From NCBI GenBank assembly GCA_024704765.1, contig JAKMXF010000266.1:1-64000 (forward strand): a stretch of DNA of 64,000 bases, written 5' to 3'. The notes below the pieces were generated by a model, which was given only the letters and a program-made list of their open reading frames with translations, was not told the DNA's origin and did not search any database. The translations under genes and the position numbers were made by a program. Shown here piece by piece: positions 11,901 to 26,900 of this stretch (its first letter is position 1; the number at the start of each line of letters is the position of its first letter). Source of the stretch: Oopsacas minuta. Its lineage: Eukaryota; Animalia; Porifera.

Positions 11901-14900
11901 TTGAGTTTCAATCTTCTCACTCATTCTCTGTTGAGATTTCTGCAGACAATTTCCTGACCTATTCTGTAGCTAGTGTTTTTATAATAGTGAATGACTCTAA
12001 CGATAACTTTCCATTCTTTCTCAACGCTCCCATAACGCTATCTCTAGAAGAATCAACTTCTGAGGGTATACCCCTGTTACAAATATCTTGTCAAGATGAT
12101 GATTCCAGTTCTAACGGCGATACACTATTGAGTATTAGCTCTGGTAACAATGAGGGATATTTCCTCCTCTCTCCATCAGGTAGTCTGCAGCTTAACAGGA
12201 CCATAGATTATGAGGCTATATTCACTGATCCAATTATACGACTACATCTGACTTGTACTGATAGAGGTACTCCAGCTAATTCAGTCACTACTAATATCAC
12301 ATATTTCGTCCTCCCATCCAACGAGCATGGTCCCGTATTCCAGGATTCTCCCTTTCAATTCTTTCTTCGAGAAGATGCACAGATTGGTACAACTGTGATT
12401 AACATCGTAGCAGTAGACCCAGACATGGGAGCTAATCACAACCTTGTTTACTATCAGATAACTGGTGGAGATAACGATAATGTGTTTCTGATTGGACCCT
12501 CTAGTGGTGATATTATCTTGGTTAATAGTCTGGATCATGAATCTGTACACGAATATATATTGACAGTAGCTGCTATTGATAGAGAGAGGATGGAGGCAGG
12601 AGACCCAGATATATCCCAATTTACTGACACAGATACAATCACAATTGATATTATAGACATTAATGACCATGCTCCAGAGTTCTCTGATTCCTTTTATTTA
12701 GCTGCAATTGATGACGGGACTTTACCTAATACTTTTGTGTACTCAGTTTCATGTACAGATTTAGACGAGGGAGCCTCTTTCCAGCCAAATTTCGAGCTAA
12801 CTGGATCTGGATCCAATTCGTTCTCAATCTCTTCCTCCCTAACTAACGGAATAATCAGGACTAACACAACCATCAGTTACCAGACTGCCTTTAGCTATCT
12901 ACTCACTATTTCCTGTCATGATAATGGAGTGCCAGTAGTCAGTACTCAGAGTAGCATTTTGATAACTGTTAGGAATATCAACCAATTCTGTCCAGTCTTT
13001 AGCGATAGCTCTGTCAGGGTAGAACTCTCCGAGACGATAGCTATTGACAGTTTTGTACTGAAATTGAATGCTACATTCTCTAATGGAGATGATAACGATA
13101 TTATATTTGTTCTCTTCAGTTCAATTAATAATCTATTTAGAATCAACCAAACGAGTGGTGAGATATTCACTACAGATCTGTTAGACTTTGAAACTGAGAG
13201 AATTTATACTTTAGAGATTCTAGCTACTAATCCAAGTTCCACGTGTAACAACACAGCTAACGTATTGATAGAAGTTATTAATGTTAACGAGCATTCTCCT
13301 CAATTCTCTCAGAGCTATTTCTCTACTGAGATTAGCGAGGCAGCTAATGTTGGGAATAATATTCTGTTTCTCTCTTGCTCAGATAGTGACGATTTTGCTG
13401 CAGGAATTTCTCCAAATGTTTTAATTGAATCTGGAGACTTCGATGGCAAGTTTTCTATTGAAAGTCAACGTCTCATGCTCGTATCTAGTCTTGACATAGA
13501 AACTAGACAGAACTATTCTCTGGTGATAAACTGTACAGATAACGGACCTATAGAGAGAGTTACTACAGCTGAAGTGTATATATCTCTTCTCTCTTTTAAC
13601 GAATTCTCTCCTGTCTTCCAGAATGATTCGTATAGTGTGACAATCTCTGAGATTGAAGACGTAGGGACTGAACTACTAATTCTCTTAGCTACAGACAGAG
13701 ACAGATACGGACATAATAATATCTTATTCTACATCGTGTCGGGAGATGAGAGCAATAAGTTTATCCTAAACTCTGATAAACTACTCCTGCTTGATATTCT
13801 AGATTATGAGACTCAATCTTTCTACGCACTTAACATCAGTGCTACTGACAGCATCAACCCAGCAGAAGCTCTATTTACTTACACTACCGTGATTATAACT
13901 TTAATTGATGAAAATGATAACTCTCCGATTTTGGTGCCTGTCATAGCATTCATTACTCTCCCTGAGAATACAACAGTAGGCTCCAGTATATTACAAATGA
14001 GTTGTACAGATCCAGACGCCTTTCAGACTGACAGTCTCAGTATCAGTATAGAATCAGGTACCTGCTTAACTGTCTGTGATTATTTTTGTTAGTTTTACCA
14101 TTATTATATTTTAGGTAATACTAATGGTCAATTTATCTTGAATTCTTCTACCAATCAGCTCCAATTGAACCTTCCACTTGACTTCAGTAATACCTCTCTG
14201 TTCTCTCTGAACATAGAATGCAGAGATAACTCTCTTTCTCCCCTAGTAGACTCCAGTAATATAAAGATTAATATAGTTAATACGATTTCTGAAGCTATCA
14301 CTTTTCTTAACACTCCTTACTCTGTCACAATAGCTGACACTACTTCTATCGGATCTACTGTACTATCCGTATCTGCTACTGATCCAGATTCGGATACATC
14401 TGATCATCTACGGTATTATCTCACAAACCAAGCTGAGCTACCATTCTTAATAGAAGATATTTCTGGAGTTATTCGAACAACTCAATCTCTCTTTCCCTTC
14501 TCACAGCAAACTCTAGCTCTAGAAATAGAGGCTGTAGATACAGTTAATCCTACCAGGGTTCAGTTCGAGATAGCATACGTTGCTATTAATCGTACTACCA
14601 ACTCTCCTCCTGTTTTCCAGAAGGACAACTACTTCCTTAACGTATCGGAGCTTGCTACCCCCTCTACTCGCCTCTCTACTCTAATCTGTTATGATATTAA
14701 TACTGATACTGTCGAGTACTCGATTGATTCTGGTAATGTTAACGACAGCTTTATTCTGACAGCTCTGACAGGTAGCCTCACTCTCAAGAACTCGCTTGAC
14801 TTTGAGACTACAGATACATACATACTGATAGTATCATGTATAGACAATGGCCTTCCTCCTATGATTGCAACAGCTAAAGTATTCGTCTCTGTGAATCCAG

Positions 14901-17900
14901 AGAATGAATTCTCTCCTGAATTCACAATGGATGAGTACGGACCTGTGTCAATCAATGAGGATGTTCTACTCGGTGCAGAAGTTATCACTGTTACTGCTAT
15001 AGATCTAGATTCACAGGAAGATGGAGACATATCATACTACATCACCGAAGGTTAGCAACATTTGTTTTGATATAATTACATTTAAATTATTATTTGTAAC
15101 TATCAGGTAATTCAGGAGACCACTTCTTAATTAGCAGTACAAGCGGGAGAATACAAGTAGCCCAATCACTAGACTATGAACAAATTTCTAATTACACTTT
15201 GAGAATAGAAGCTAGAGACTTTTCGCTCACCAATCCCAGATCTAGCTCTGCTACTGTTGATATTATTTTGACTGATGTTAACGATAACTGTCCTCAATTC
15301 TTAAACGCTCCTTACTTCTCTCAGCTGCCTGCTAATGCTATTGCTAACTACACAGTCATATCAATAGTGTGCTCTGACCTAGATTCAGGAGAGAGAGGGA
15401 GAGTTTCTCTTTCACTACAAGGGACTGTAGAGGCGTTGCAGAACTTTCAGATAGATTCAGATGGTGTTGTTACTCTGAGCAAAAATATATCACCAAATTC
15501 TAGCCAAGTGAGTTATTGAAAGATCACTTTATTCTATAGGATTTGTACATAGAGAAATTCTCGCTTATCGTATCGGTCGCTAACATATAAGTAATTCCAT
15601 TATTTTAATTTAGCTTACAAACACAGCTAATACAATTGCAATTATACTTACTACAGCTATGGTTATAAGTACTACGATAGTTATACCAATGATAATAATA
15701 GCTGCTACTGACAGGGAGTTATCTATAGCAATACATTCATTAGCTGTAGCTAGCACAAACCCTGACTCACACTCACACTCATAAGATCCGTTCTTGTTAA
15801 TGCAGATTTGATTGCAAACCTTTGGAGTTATATTACACTCGTTTATATCTTCGCAATCTCTCTGGTTGCTATCCAGAACATACCCGCTCATACAACTACA
15901 GGTAAAAGAGGCGATATTATTAGAGCAGTTGTGAGCACAAATCTCTTGACTACACTCGTCTATGTCACTACAGTTGTAGTTGTTATTATCTAGAGAATAG
16001 CCAGTAGTACAATCACATTCCACTCTCCCAATCATATTGACACACAGTTGTTCACAAATGTTTGGTAAACCAGTCAAGTTCTGCCAAATAGTGAAATTTC
16101 TTTCGTATTGACATTCGTCTATGTCCAGACACTTTTGCAAATCTCTGTTATTTCCAAATCCTTTCTTACAAACACACTCAAATCCTCCTAACTGGTTGAT
16201 GCATAGTTGATCCTCTCTGCAGGAATGAGTCATGTCTTCACATTCATTTATGTCAGAACAATTCCCTGTGTTATCTATTATGTAACCTGAATTGCAATCA
16301 CATTCATAACTACCAAGAATGTTGCTACATATTTGATCACAAGGACTAGGACTGACCGTACTGCACTCATCAATGTCCTCACAGAATATGCCATCTCTAA
16401 TTGTATAGCCGTCACGACAACTACAAGAATATGATCCGACTGTGTTATGACAATTATGCTCACACAGAGATATATTACCGGTACACTCATCAATGTCTAC
16501 ACAATTATCATTTGCAAGTTCAAACCCGTTATTACAAATACAGACAGTATTAAGTCCGTTTTGGGAACAGGTTCCATTTCCACAAGATGATTCACAAGGA
16601 TTTATTATTGTTTGGTTTGTTAAGCAAGAATTTGTAAATTGGAAAGTATAGCTTATTCCTTCAAGGATTGTCTCTGTATTTACTTTACAGGCACACTCGT
16701 ATGACGTATCGTTAAGTTTTATGAAACATATTTCTGATTCTGTTATATTTTGGTTGCTGGGGCTACACAAGTTATTTGTAGCTTCCTGAATTTGTAAGAT
16801 AAAAGGCAGTTCCTCACAGCTCTGCGAATGTACCAGAATACTGTTAAATACTAGTAGGATTGTCCCTATAAACATGTAGCAATTGTATAACATTGAAAAT
16901 ACACTCAATTCTTCCATTGATTGGTCCTTATATCTTTTGTTTCCATACACGTGCCCAGTGACTATTCTCACAACATCTACTTACACACAATTATATAATT
17001 ATATTTTCTAACGCTTTATAATTCCTTAATCACTTCTATACAACCTAATCACACTATCATTACATGTATATTCCCTATAAGGTATACTTCCTCAAACTTA
17101 CATGCTCAGATAATGCTCCATCTCCTTGTACTGTTACTACCACTCTCACGATAACATCAGCTGACTCTAACATATCTCCTCCTCAGTTCTCCTCTCCTTT
17201 TTATAACATTACACTATCAGAGTCTGTTACTGTATTAGATGCTGTATTTATTGCTGTAGCTACAGACACTGACTTGGGTACTAACGGGATGGTTTCATAT
17301 TCAATTAATGACACAGTTATGTTCTCTATCGATTCAGGTGATTATAATAGTATATTATAATTATTACATAGACATAAGTATATGTTGAATTATGTATTTA
17401 TTTTCGACAGTGACTGGAGTGGTTTATCTATCACATCCACTTGACTTTGAATCATCTATTTCTCACACCCTCATTATCCTGGCTACTGATGGCACTCCTC
17501 TCAGTCCTAACCGCAAGAGCTCGAGCGCTCTCCTTAATATCTACGTCACTGATATTAACGACAACAGGCCGTACTGTGGAGCTACCCTATTTACTGTGCT
17601 ATTTCCAGGTACTGCTGGCATTGGCTATTCAGTTATTCAACTTAACTGTACAGATCCAGATCTAGGACTTTCTGGACTCAGCTACACTTTGTCTGGAGAT
17701 GTTATGAATCTATTCGATATTTCAATTCAGGGACTTATCACTTTAGCTACTACCCTAACAACTGATGTCAATATATCAACACTTATTGTACGTACACTCT
17801 CTATATTGTAAAGTAAATGTATATTAATTAATTTGTATTAGGTTTCTGTATCAGACAACTTCATTGGAGATTCAGTTCAGATAACTAATGTTACAATAAT

Positions 17901-20900
17901 GATAGTCCTGACAGGTCAGAATGACTTCTGTCCTGAGTTCTCTCAGGCTAACTACTCTACCAATCTCACAGAGAGTTCACCACCAGGAGAATTAGTTATT
18001 ACAGTACATGCTGAGGATAGAGATGCTGAGATAAATGGAGCTGTTCGTTACTCCATTATAAGTGAGTTTTACATTTGTTTAACTTATATGCCTTATTATA
18101 TTAACATTAATTAGATGGAGATAACATGGGGCATTTTGCTGTGAGAGAGTCTACTGGGGAAATCATATTGATATCTAGTTTAGATAGAGAATCAATTGTA
18201 GCTTATTCTCTATTGATAACAGCTTCAGATAACGGACTACCTCCTTGTACTAATTCTACTGTAGTTACTATTATTATTACAGATTCTAATGACAATAAGC
18301 CTTGTTTTTCACAGCCTTTCTACACTGAGACAGTACCACTTAACACACCAATTGACTCTATTATCTTATCAGTAGCTTCGCAAGACATGGATCTTGATAG
18401 TAACAGCCAAGTATTCTATTCACTAATCTCTGTTAACTCTCCAGAGCATTTCTCCATACACCATACTTCAGGAGATATTAACCTGACTTATAACCTCTCT
18501 AATAGCTCTGTAGAATTGTATCAATTTCTAATAGAAGCTACAGATAATGGTATGTCTTCTCTCTCCTGCTCTTCCTACCTTACAATATACACACAGCATA
18601 TGAATGTATTCCCTCCTGTATTTGATCATAATGAGTTTGTTTCTATTTCTGAGAATATAACTCCTTTAATCACACTACTATATGTAGCAGCTTCTGATAG
18701 AGATAGCGAGTATTTACATTACTCAATTGTTTCTGAAAATGAAGATTATTTGTTCTACTTACATCCTGATACAGGAGCCCTCTCGTTACGTCGTCAACTT
18801 GACTATGAACAAAGATCTGTACATAGCCTCATAGTAGAGGCAAGAGACGTAGTGTTATATGATGGAATATCTTTAGCTGATACTTCAGAGGTTACAATAT
18901 CTGTTAGAAATGAGAATGACAATATTCCTTGTTTTGAATACAACTCTTATTCTATAACAATAGACTCTACAGCTGGAATAGGAGATGAGCTACTAACTAT
19001 AGTATGTACTGATTTAGATATGGCTCCTTATGGCAATACCACTCTATCCATCTCTGATGGAAATAATAATGGGTATTTCTCAGTAGCCCAAGCTGGTGTT
19101 ATTTCTATAGCTCAGGATATTACAGAGTTAAAATATGAAATACTGACTGTAACATGTTCTGATGGTGAATTATCCGTCAATACAACTGTATTAATTATAG
19201 CTACATCTCCTGATGTACCTCAGTTCTCTAGAGATACATACGAGTGGTATCTAGTGGAAAATTCTCAGCTGGGAACTTCTTATACAGAAATATCAGCATC
19301 ATCAAACAGTACAGTTACTTATAGTATTCTGACTGGTGATTATACTCATGTAGTAGTTTATATAGACTCTGCTTACGGTATAGTACATCTGATTAACACT
19401 GTAGACAGAGAGCTGGTTACAGACTATATCTACATTATATCTGCTCTCAGTGATGATATTATCAGCTATAGCACACTGCATATTATAGTTACAGATGATA
19501 ATGACAACAGACCAGTTATATTCATAGGCCCAGTAGCATTGCTCTACTCATATTCTCCTCCAGATTCTGTTGTTACATTCCTGTCATGTCAAGACAGTGA
19601 CATTGACAGTAATGGATTAACAAACTTGATAATAAATGCAGGTAATGAGGACGGTTTGTTTGTATTATCTCCTGAGGGAGCTTTGCAGCTGAACAGAACT
19701 CTTGGTTCAGAATCAGTCTACTCCCTGGTCATATCATGTTACGATTCAGGACTCCCTTCACTATCTACTACTGCTAGTATTAACGTAGAGATAGCACCAG
19801 TTAACAGATACAGCCCTGAGTTTGAATACAATCAACTAGTAGTAGATGTGTTAGAGAACGAATTTGTAAATGATATTCTCGTTACACTAATAGCTGTAGA
19901 CAGAGACGAGGGTACTTTCGGAGATATCTCTTACTCCATCCTGTCAGGAAATGAACTCAATTTGTTTAGAATCAACCCGATCACTGGAGAGTTTACCTTG
20001 GAATATCCACTTGATTTTGAATCAGTACAGACTCATACACTCACTGTTGCAGCTATAGATGGAGGCTATGGTGAAGCAGCAGCTAGATATTCTACTGCTG
20101 ACGTCATTATTAGAGTATTAGATGTTAATGACAACAGTCCTCATCTAGATTCAGATATATATTCTTTACATATCTCTTTTACCACTGCTCCGGGTATTGA
20201 ATTGCTACGGACTGTCTGTACTGATACAGATAGTGGAAATAACGGAGAAACTGAATACTACTTTGTAAACGATTCTGCTCCCTTCTACGTTTCAAATGGC
20301 TCTATATTTTTGGCTTTTCCTTTAGAATATTCATTCCCGGATTCTGTGTGTCTTGTCCTAGAGTGTAGAGACAGGGGATCTCCTCCTCTCGTGACATCAT
20401 CTCTCCTCCGTATCTACATCACTAAGGACGAATTAGCTCCTGAATTTAATCAATCAATTTACTCTCTTACTCTCTTTGAATCAACTGAGTTATTTACAGA
20501 TATAATAACTATTACTGCAGAAGACAGAGACCCTGGGAATAATGGTATTGTTAGCTTATTACTAACAGACTGTGAATATGACTGTCCATTCAGTATTAAT
20601 ACTGTAACAGGTGTAGTTAGTGTTATAGGAGCACTAGACTATGAGACACACCCCACATACTCGTTACAGGTTCAAGCACTAGACCTAGGAACATTCTCTC
20701 ATACTTCTGAAGCTACAATTGAAATACAAATAATTAATGAGAACGACAATTTCCCTGAATTTAATATACCCTTCCACCAAATTTCTATCAGTGAGAATTC
20801 TCCCATCAATACTCCTGTATTATCTCTACTGTGCTATGACTTAGATTCTGATGAATTAAGCTATGCCATAACTGATGGCTTACAAGGAACTAATGCATTC

Positions 20901-23900
20901 TATCTATCAGAGCATGGTGTCTTATTGGTATCAGATATAGTAGATTATGAGACAATACCATCCTACTCTCTCACTGTACAATGCTCAGACGGTTTAAACT
21001 CAGTATATTCGTCAGTACAGGTTAGAATTATTAATATTAACGAATACACACCTACATTCAATCAGTCTAACTACAATATATCTTTACTGGAGTCTCTCAC
21101 ATTTGGCTCAATTATATTCACAGTAACAGCAGTAGATAGAGATGCTGATTCTCTGGGAGACATTACTTATACTTTAGTTGGAGGGAATACTCAGCTAACC
21201 TTCGGTATTCAAAGTACAGAGGGTATCATATTTCTTACAGACTCATTAGACTACGAAACAACTCCTACTTACTCTCTGATACTATTCGCTACTGATGGAG
21301 ATGGACTGATAGGCAGGACTAGTGTTCTTATAAAAGTTATAAATGTTAATGATAATGCTCCTGTATTCATGCCCTCTATATACTCACGGGAGCTCTCTAT
21401 TGACCAGGAAGTTAATGTTAATGTTATAGAACTACGGTGCTCAGATAGAGACGGGGATGATCTAGTGTATAATATAGAATCTGGTAACACAGGTAGTTAT
21501 TTCAATATATCACAGACCGGGCTAGTATTTGTAGCTCGAAACTTGACAAGAAGCAATCAAGTCCTGATCCTCAAAATCAGCTGTTCTGACAGATCTACAA
21601 AACCATCAGCTGTAGCTATATTCAGTATTAATATTATAAGAGAGGCTGACTGTCCTATTCAGTTTGCTAATAACGTTCCCTACATTGACTTTGTTTCAGA
21701 GGATGTTAGCATTCACCACTTAGTTCTCACTCTCTTCGTTAATGGCAGTTCTAATGACGTCAGTTATCATATAGATAACACATTTGTACCTTTCTACATT
21801 AACTCTATCGGAACTACTGGCCAGATCCTAGTGTCATCTGCATTAGATGCTGATATAGAGGATGAATACATATTCAATGTAATAGCTACTCCTAATGACG
21901 TGTTATGCAACGATCCTCCTCAAACTAGTGTTACAATCTTCATAGAAGATGTTAACGAGTTCTCTCCTCTGGTTACGCCTGCTATACAGACAATCTATCT
22001 AGAGGAGAACTTGTCTGTACCTCAGTTAATAGCTCAGTTTCAATGCAATGATTCTGATGCTTCTAATAATGAGGTCACATTCATAGACGGATCAGCTGGG
22101 ATAGATACTGATATAGCTGGTAGGGTAACACTTAGCATAGGCCTTGATTACGAGACTCAACCACAACACATATTTATGATAATGTGTAAAGACTCAGCTG
22201 ATATACCTAAGACAGGAACAGCTAGACTACACATCATGGTTATTCCTCAGAATGAGTTTCCTCCTATTTTCTCTCTTGACACATACCTATTCCAGGTTTC
22301 AGAGTCTGAACAACCTGGATTTCTTATAGACGGTATCCTAGCTACAGATGGAGACAGCTTGCTCTCAGGAGACGGACAAGTTTCGTACTCACTCACAAAT
22401 ACATATCAGTTCTTGGTTAATGACAATGGAGATATGGTAGTGATAGATGCATTAGACAGAGAGTATAATCCTAATATTACTTTCATAGCAACAGCTACGG
22501 ACAATGGGAATGTATCAATGTCTGCTTCAGCTACAATTGTAGTTATCCTCTTAGACTCTAATGATAATCCTCCTCTTTTCCATCCACTGGTTTACTCTAT
22601 TAGCAGAGATTCTAACCAATCCATTACTGATCCTCTAGCTGCAATAAGCTGTACAGATCCAGATATAGGTATCAATGCTCTGCTAGAACTTAGCTTTCCT
22701 CCAGGATTCAACTTATCATATGCCTTCAGCGACCAGACAGGAGGACAGGGAGAGATTAACGCTTCTCTGATTGCTCTCTCTCCTCCTTCTGAAGGAGTAC
22801 TCACATTTGATGTACACTGTACAGATTCTGGTAACATGAGTCTATTTTCTACAGCTCTGGTTAGTATTGTAATCTCCAGTGAGTGTTATATTCCTCAATT
22901 ATTCCCTATTTACCATGCTACTATCTCTGAAGATTCAGTTATAAACTCTGTAGTAGTTAACACTTCTGCTCAATTCGATCCTCTCTGTCCACATGAATTC
23001 TTCATAGTGTCTGGCGAGATTGGTGCATTTGCTATCAACAAAACTAAAGGAGATATCTATGTTCTTAGTTCACTAGATTTCGAGACTATCCCTGCTTATG
23101 AGATTGGAATATCTCTAATCTCTCTAACTGCTACAGGAGCTAAATCCTCTACAGCTACTGTATTCATAACTATCACTAACGTTAACGATAATTCTCCTGT
23201 AATAGAACCTTCTAGACTAATCGTAACTTATCCAGAAGACACACACAATAATCAAGTAATAGCTTCTTATAGCTGCGAAGATTTGGATTCTGATCTAGTA
23301 CAGTTTGATATTGAATCTGGTAATGAAGATTTAAGATTCAATTTAAACGGACAAGGTGTTTTAACGCTTTTGAATCCGTTGGACTATGAAAATATTCAAG
23401 TACATGATTTGTTCATTTCCTGTGCTGAACTTGGGGGCCCAGGAATTCTACACACTACTACTGCAGAACTGACTGTGCTAGTATCAGCTGTCAATGATAA
23501 TGAACCTTCATTCGATCAGACTACATACTTTGATACTGTTATAGAGAATACTGCTATCGGTACTATGATACTATTAGTGTCTGCAACTGATAATGATCTA
23601 ACCACTCCACACAATAAGGTCAGTAACTTCATTGGTCTATAATTATAGTTAATTATACGATTTGTTGATAGACACTTTTCGATTTATCTGGAGCTAACTC
23701 ACAGCTCTTCCTTGTGACGTCAGAAGGTAATCTATTAACAGCTGACTTCTTAGATGCAGAGACTAATTCCGGTTTATATCAATTCTCAGTACTGGCTTAT
23801 AATCCAGAGCCTGGAGCTAGCACAGCTACTGCTACTGTCATAATAACTCTGACAGATGTCAATGAGGATCCTCCTGTCTGTGGAGGAGGTCTAATTAACT

Positions 23901-26900
23901 TGGAGCTCGATCCAGGGACTTACAGTACTGAGGTTTGTTAATTAACACTTTCTTAAATGTTGTATAGTTTATTGTGTTGTGTGTGTGTATATAGGCTGTT
24001 GGTAGTAATCTATTGTGTACAGATCAAGACATATCTCCTCCTTCATTTACTGCTACACTAACCGGTGACATCAATAATGATGGTACTCTTATTCTTACAG
24101 CTGAATTATCCGGTAGCTCCTTATCCCTTAAACTCTCTGGGACTATAAATTATCCACAACATGTCATTCCTAATCAGTATACACTAGCTGTATCAGATGG
24201 AGGATCTCCAGCACTGATCGGATACACACTTGTGTATGTCAGAGTTAACCCTCCCCCTGGCGTTCTCTCCTTCTCTCCCAGCAGTAGGAGTATATCTGTT
24301 AGAGAGGACTTTCCTTCGGGAGAGGATTTGATAGATGTAGGAGCTTTCCTCAATGGAGACAATAAAGATCTTGCGGACTACTCCACCGCCTTTCCTCTCA
24401 CTGTTACTTCTGAGGGAATGGTAGCATTAACCAGCTCTCTTGACTATGAAACAAGAACTTCTTATTCTATAGATATACGAGCTGAGGTTTCTTCTCAGTT
24501 TAATATATTCACACTTAATATTCAGGTGGAAGATGTTAATGATAACGAGCCAGTATTTTCTGCAGGTAGGTCTGCTTCTTTATTCAATAATTACTATTAT
24601 TAGTAATTTATTCATTGTTATATTGGTTATTTAGGGAATATTATAAGATTTTCTGTGAGAGAAGACTCCAATCCTTCTGCAGTGGGTACCATAAGGGCTA
24701 CAGATGCAGATTCTGGTGTAAATGGAGATGTGAGGTTTACTCAAATCTCTAGCACAGCACCAATTGGGTTATTTACTGTATCTCTTTTGGGGATGGTTAG
24801 ATTAACAGGTCCTCTAGACAGAGAGGACACCCCCCATTATAGTATACAAGTTAGCCACCTCTTATAATTGTATATGGTTATAACTCTATTACATATTAAT
24901 ATTTAGGTAAGAGCATCTGATCAAGGCTCTCCCTCACTCTCCGCTGTAGCTGTACTCCTCATTACGGTCAGTGACGTCAACGACAACCCTCCTATCTTCC
25001 TAGAGGACAGCTCAGGGATTACACTCTCTATAGCACACACTATAGCCAAAGATTCAGTTATTTATAATTTTCAGGTTTCAGATTTGGATCTGAATCCAAC
25101 ATTTATACTCTCAGTGATTGGAGGATCTTCAGTTATAGGTAAGGACATTTAGGCATTACGCACTATACATGTATTCTATATTTCACCATAGAATTGTTGT
25201 ATTAACCTGTATACTTATTCAGCTGCCTTCGGAGTGAGTAATACAGGAGAGCTATTTATACGCGATGACCTGGTTAACAGACCCAGTCAGACATTTGAAT
25301 TTACTGTTCAGGTATCAGATGGAGTTTTAACTGATTCTATATCAGTCCGTATACTCGTTAACATAGTCTCTGACGTTGAGCTAACTTTAAGGGAGAATTC
25401 TCCAATTGATACAGTAATCTGGAATGCTTCTGACTATTCTCAAGGCAGTTACTCTCCTACAGAGAATGCTGAGTTCTTTTTGACACTAGGAAACTTCCAA
25501 AATACGTTTAGCATAGACTCTACCAGTGGACAGCTGTCTACCATTGGAGAGATAGACTATGAAGATGTAATAGTATATACATTCATAGTAGAGATAATGG
25601 ACTCAAGCAATACTATAAATACCAATCTTAAAGTAGCCGTGTACTTACTGGTGTTGGATGAGAATGACAATAACCCTGTATTCACCCAAACAATGTAAGT
25701 ATTGTATTTACCAATTTTATAATTGGAAAGTTATTGCACGCTTGTTATTTAGCTCGTCAGTGACTATCCTAGAGAGTGACTACATACTTCCATATAAGCT
25801 AGCACAAGTATCAGCTGTAGACGCTGATTCCGGTGTATATGCTCAGCTAGAGTACCATCTGGTGTATCCAGTAACAGGACAGGAAGCTACTGAGCTTCCA
25901 TTCTACTTCACGTTTGATGGCAGTTTGTATGTACAGGGAGATGTTGATAGAGAATTATACTCTCTTCTTGATTTACTGGTTAGAGTCAGAGACAAGAGTC
26001 AAGATCCTCTCAGCACTACAACTCCCATCCAAATATCAGTGCTAGACATTAATGACAATTCTCCTTCATTCGTTAACCTAACCTCTCCCATAGAAATTAT
26101 TAATAATCTTCCTGATAATTCTGTGTTCTATGAATTCTATATCTCAGATCCTGATGCTGCAGAGAACGGAACCTTACAGCTATCACTTGAACAAGTAAAA
26201 CATACATTAGCATTTGCTATAAAGTAGTTATATGATATATTCTGATAGATAACTACTCCCAATTCACTCTACTTTGACTTTAACCTAGATCAAGCTACAG
26301 GTCTGGTTAGATTGATAAAGATAGACAATTTGATAGGATTAAGTGAGGACGAGCTATTCTTCATAGACCTTAGACTGTCTGTATCTGATCAGGGATCTCC
26401 CCAGCTCTCACATACACAGGACATTATGATAGCAGTCAAGCCTTATGACATAAGACCCTCTTTCCAATCAGATTTCTATTGGGTAGATCTGTTATACTCA
26501 GCACCTGTTGGATCAGTACTGCTTACAGTACAGTTAGATGTAAAATTGGATTCTATAACCTTTCTTATAGGTTAGTTGGCTTTATTATTTTATTTTGTTG
26601 TGCATTTCTGTTGCAGACATACAATTAAGCTAACCTCGCTGCTGAACTGTAGCACGAAATATCTAAGTCAAGGATTCCCAGCTACGTGATAGATCATTCT
26701 AATGCAATTAGTTTGTATGAATACAAAACATCTTATAATTATAAATTGATTGTTTGTTTGTAATTTTGTAAATTTATAACATAAGATGAAAGAACGAGGA
26801 AAGTCCCCAGAAACGCTAGGCTATGTATTCGGATTCTTCTACTCGTTCAATTATCTGATTGGTGGATTCTTCGTTTCTATACCTTTTGTATTTTTCCATA

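Noticed and set aside
15508-15539. Proximal acceptor (TTTATTCTATAG) in the antisense-hosting cadherin intron
   Set aside because: It would give a 32-nt intron, well below the 46-49 nt minimum seen here, so it was not counted in the short-splice pattern.
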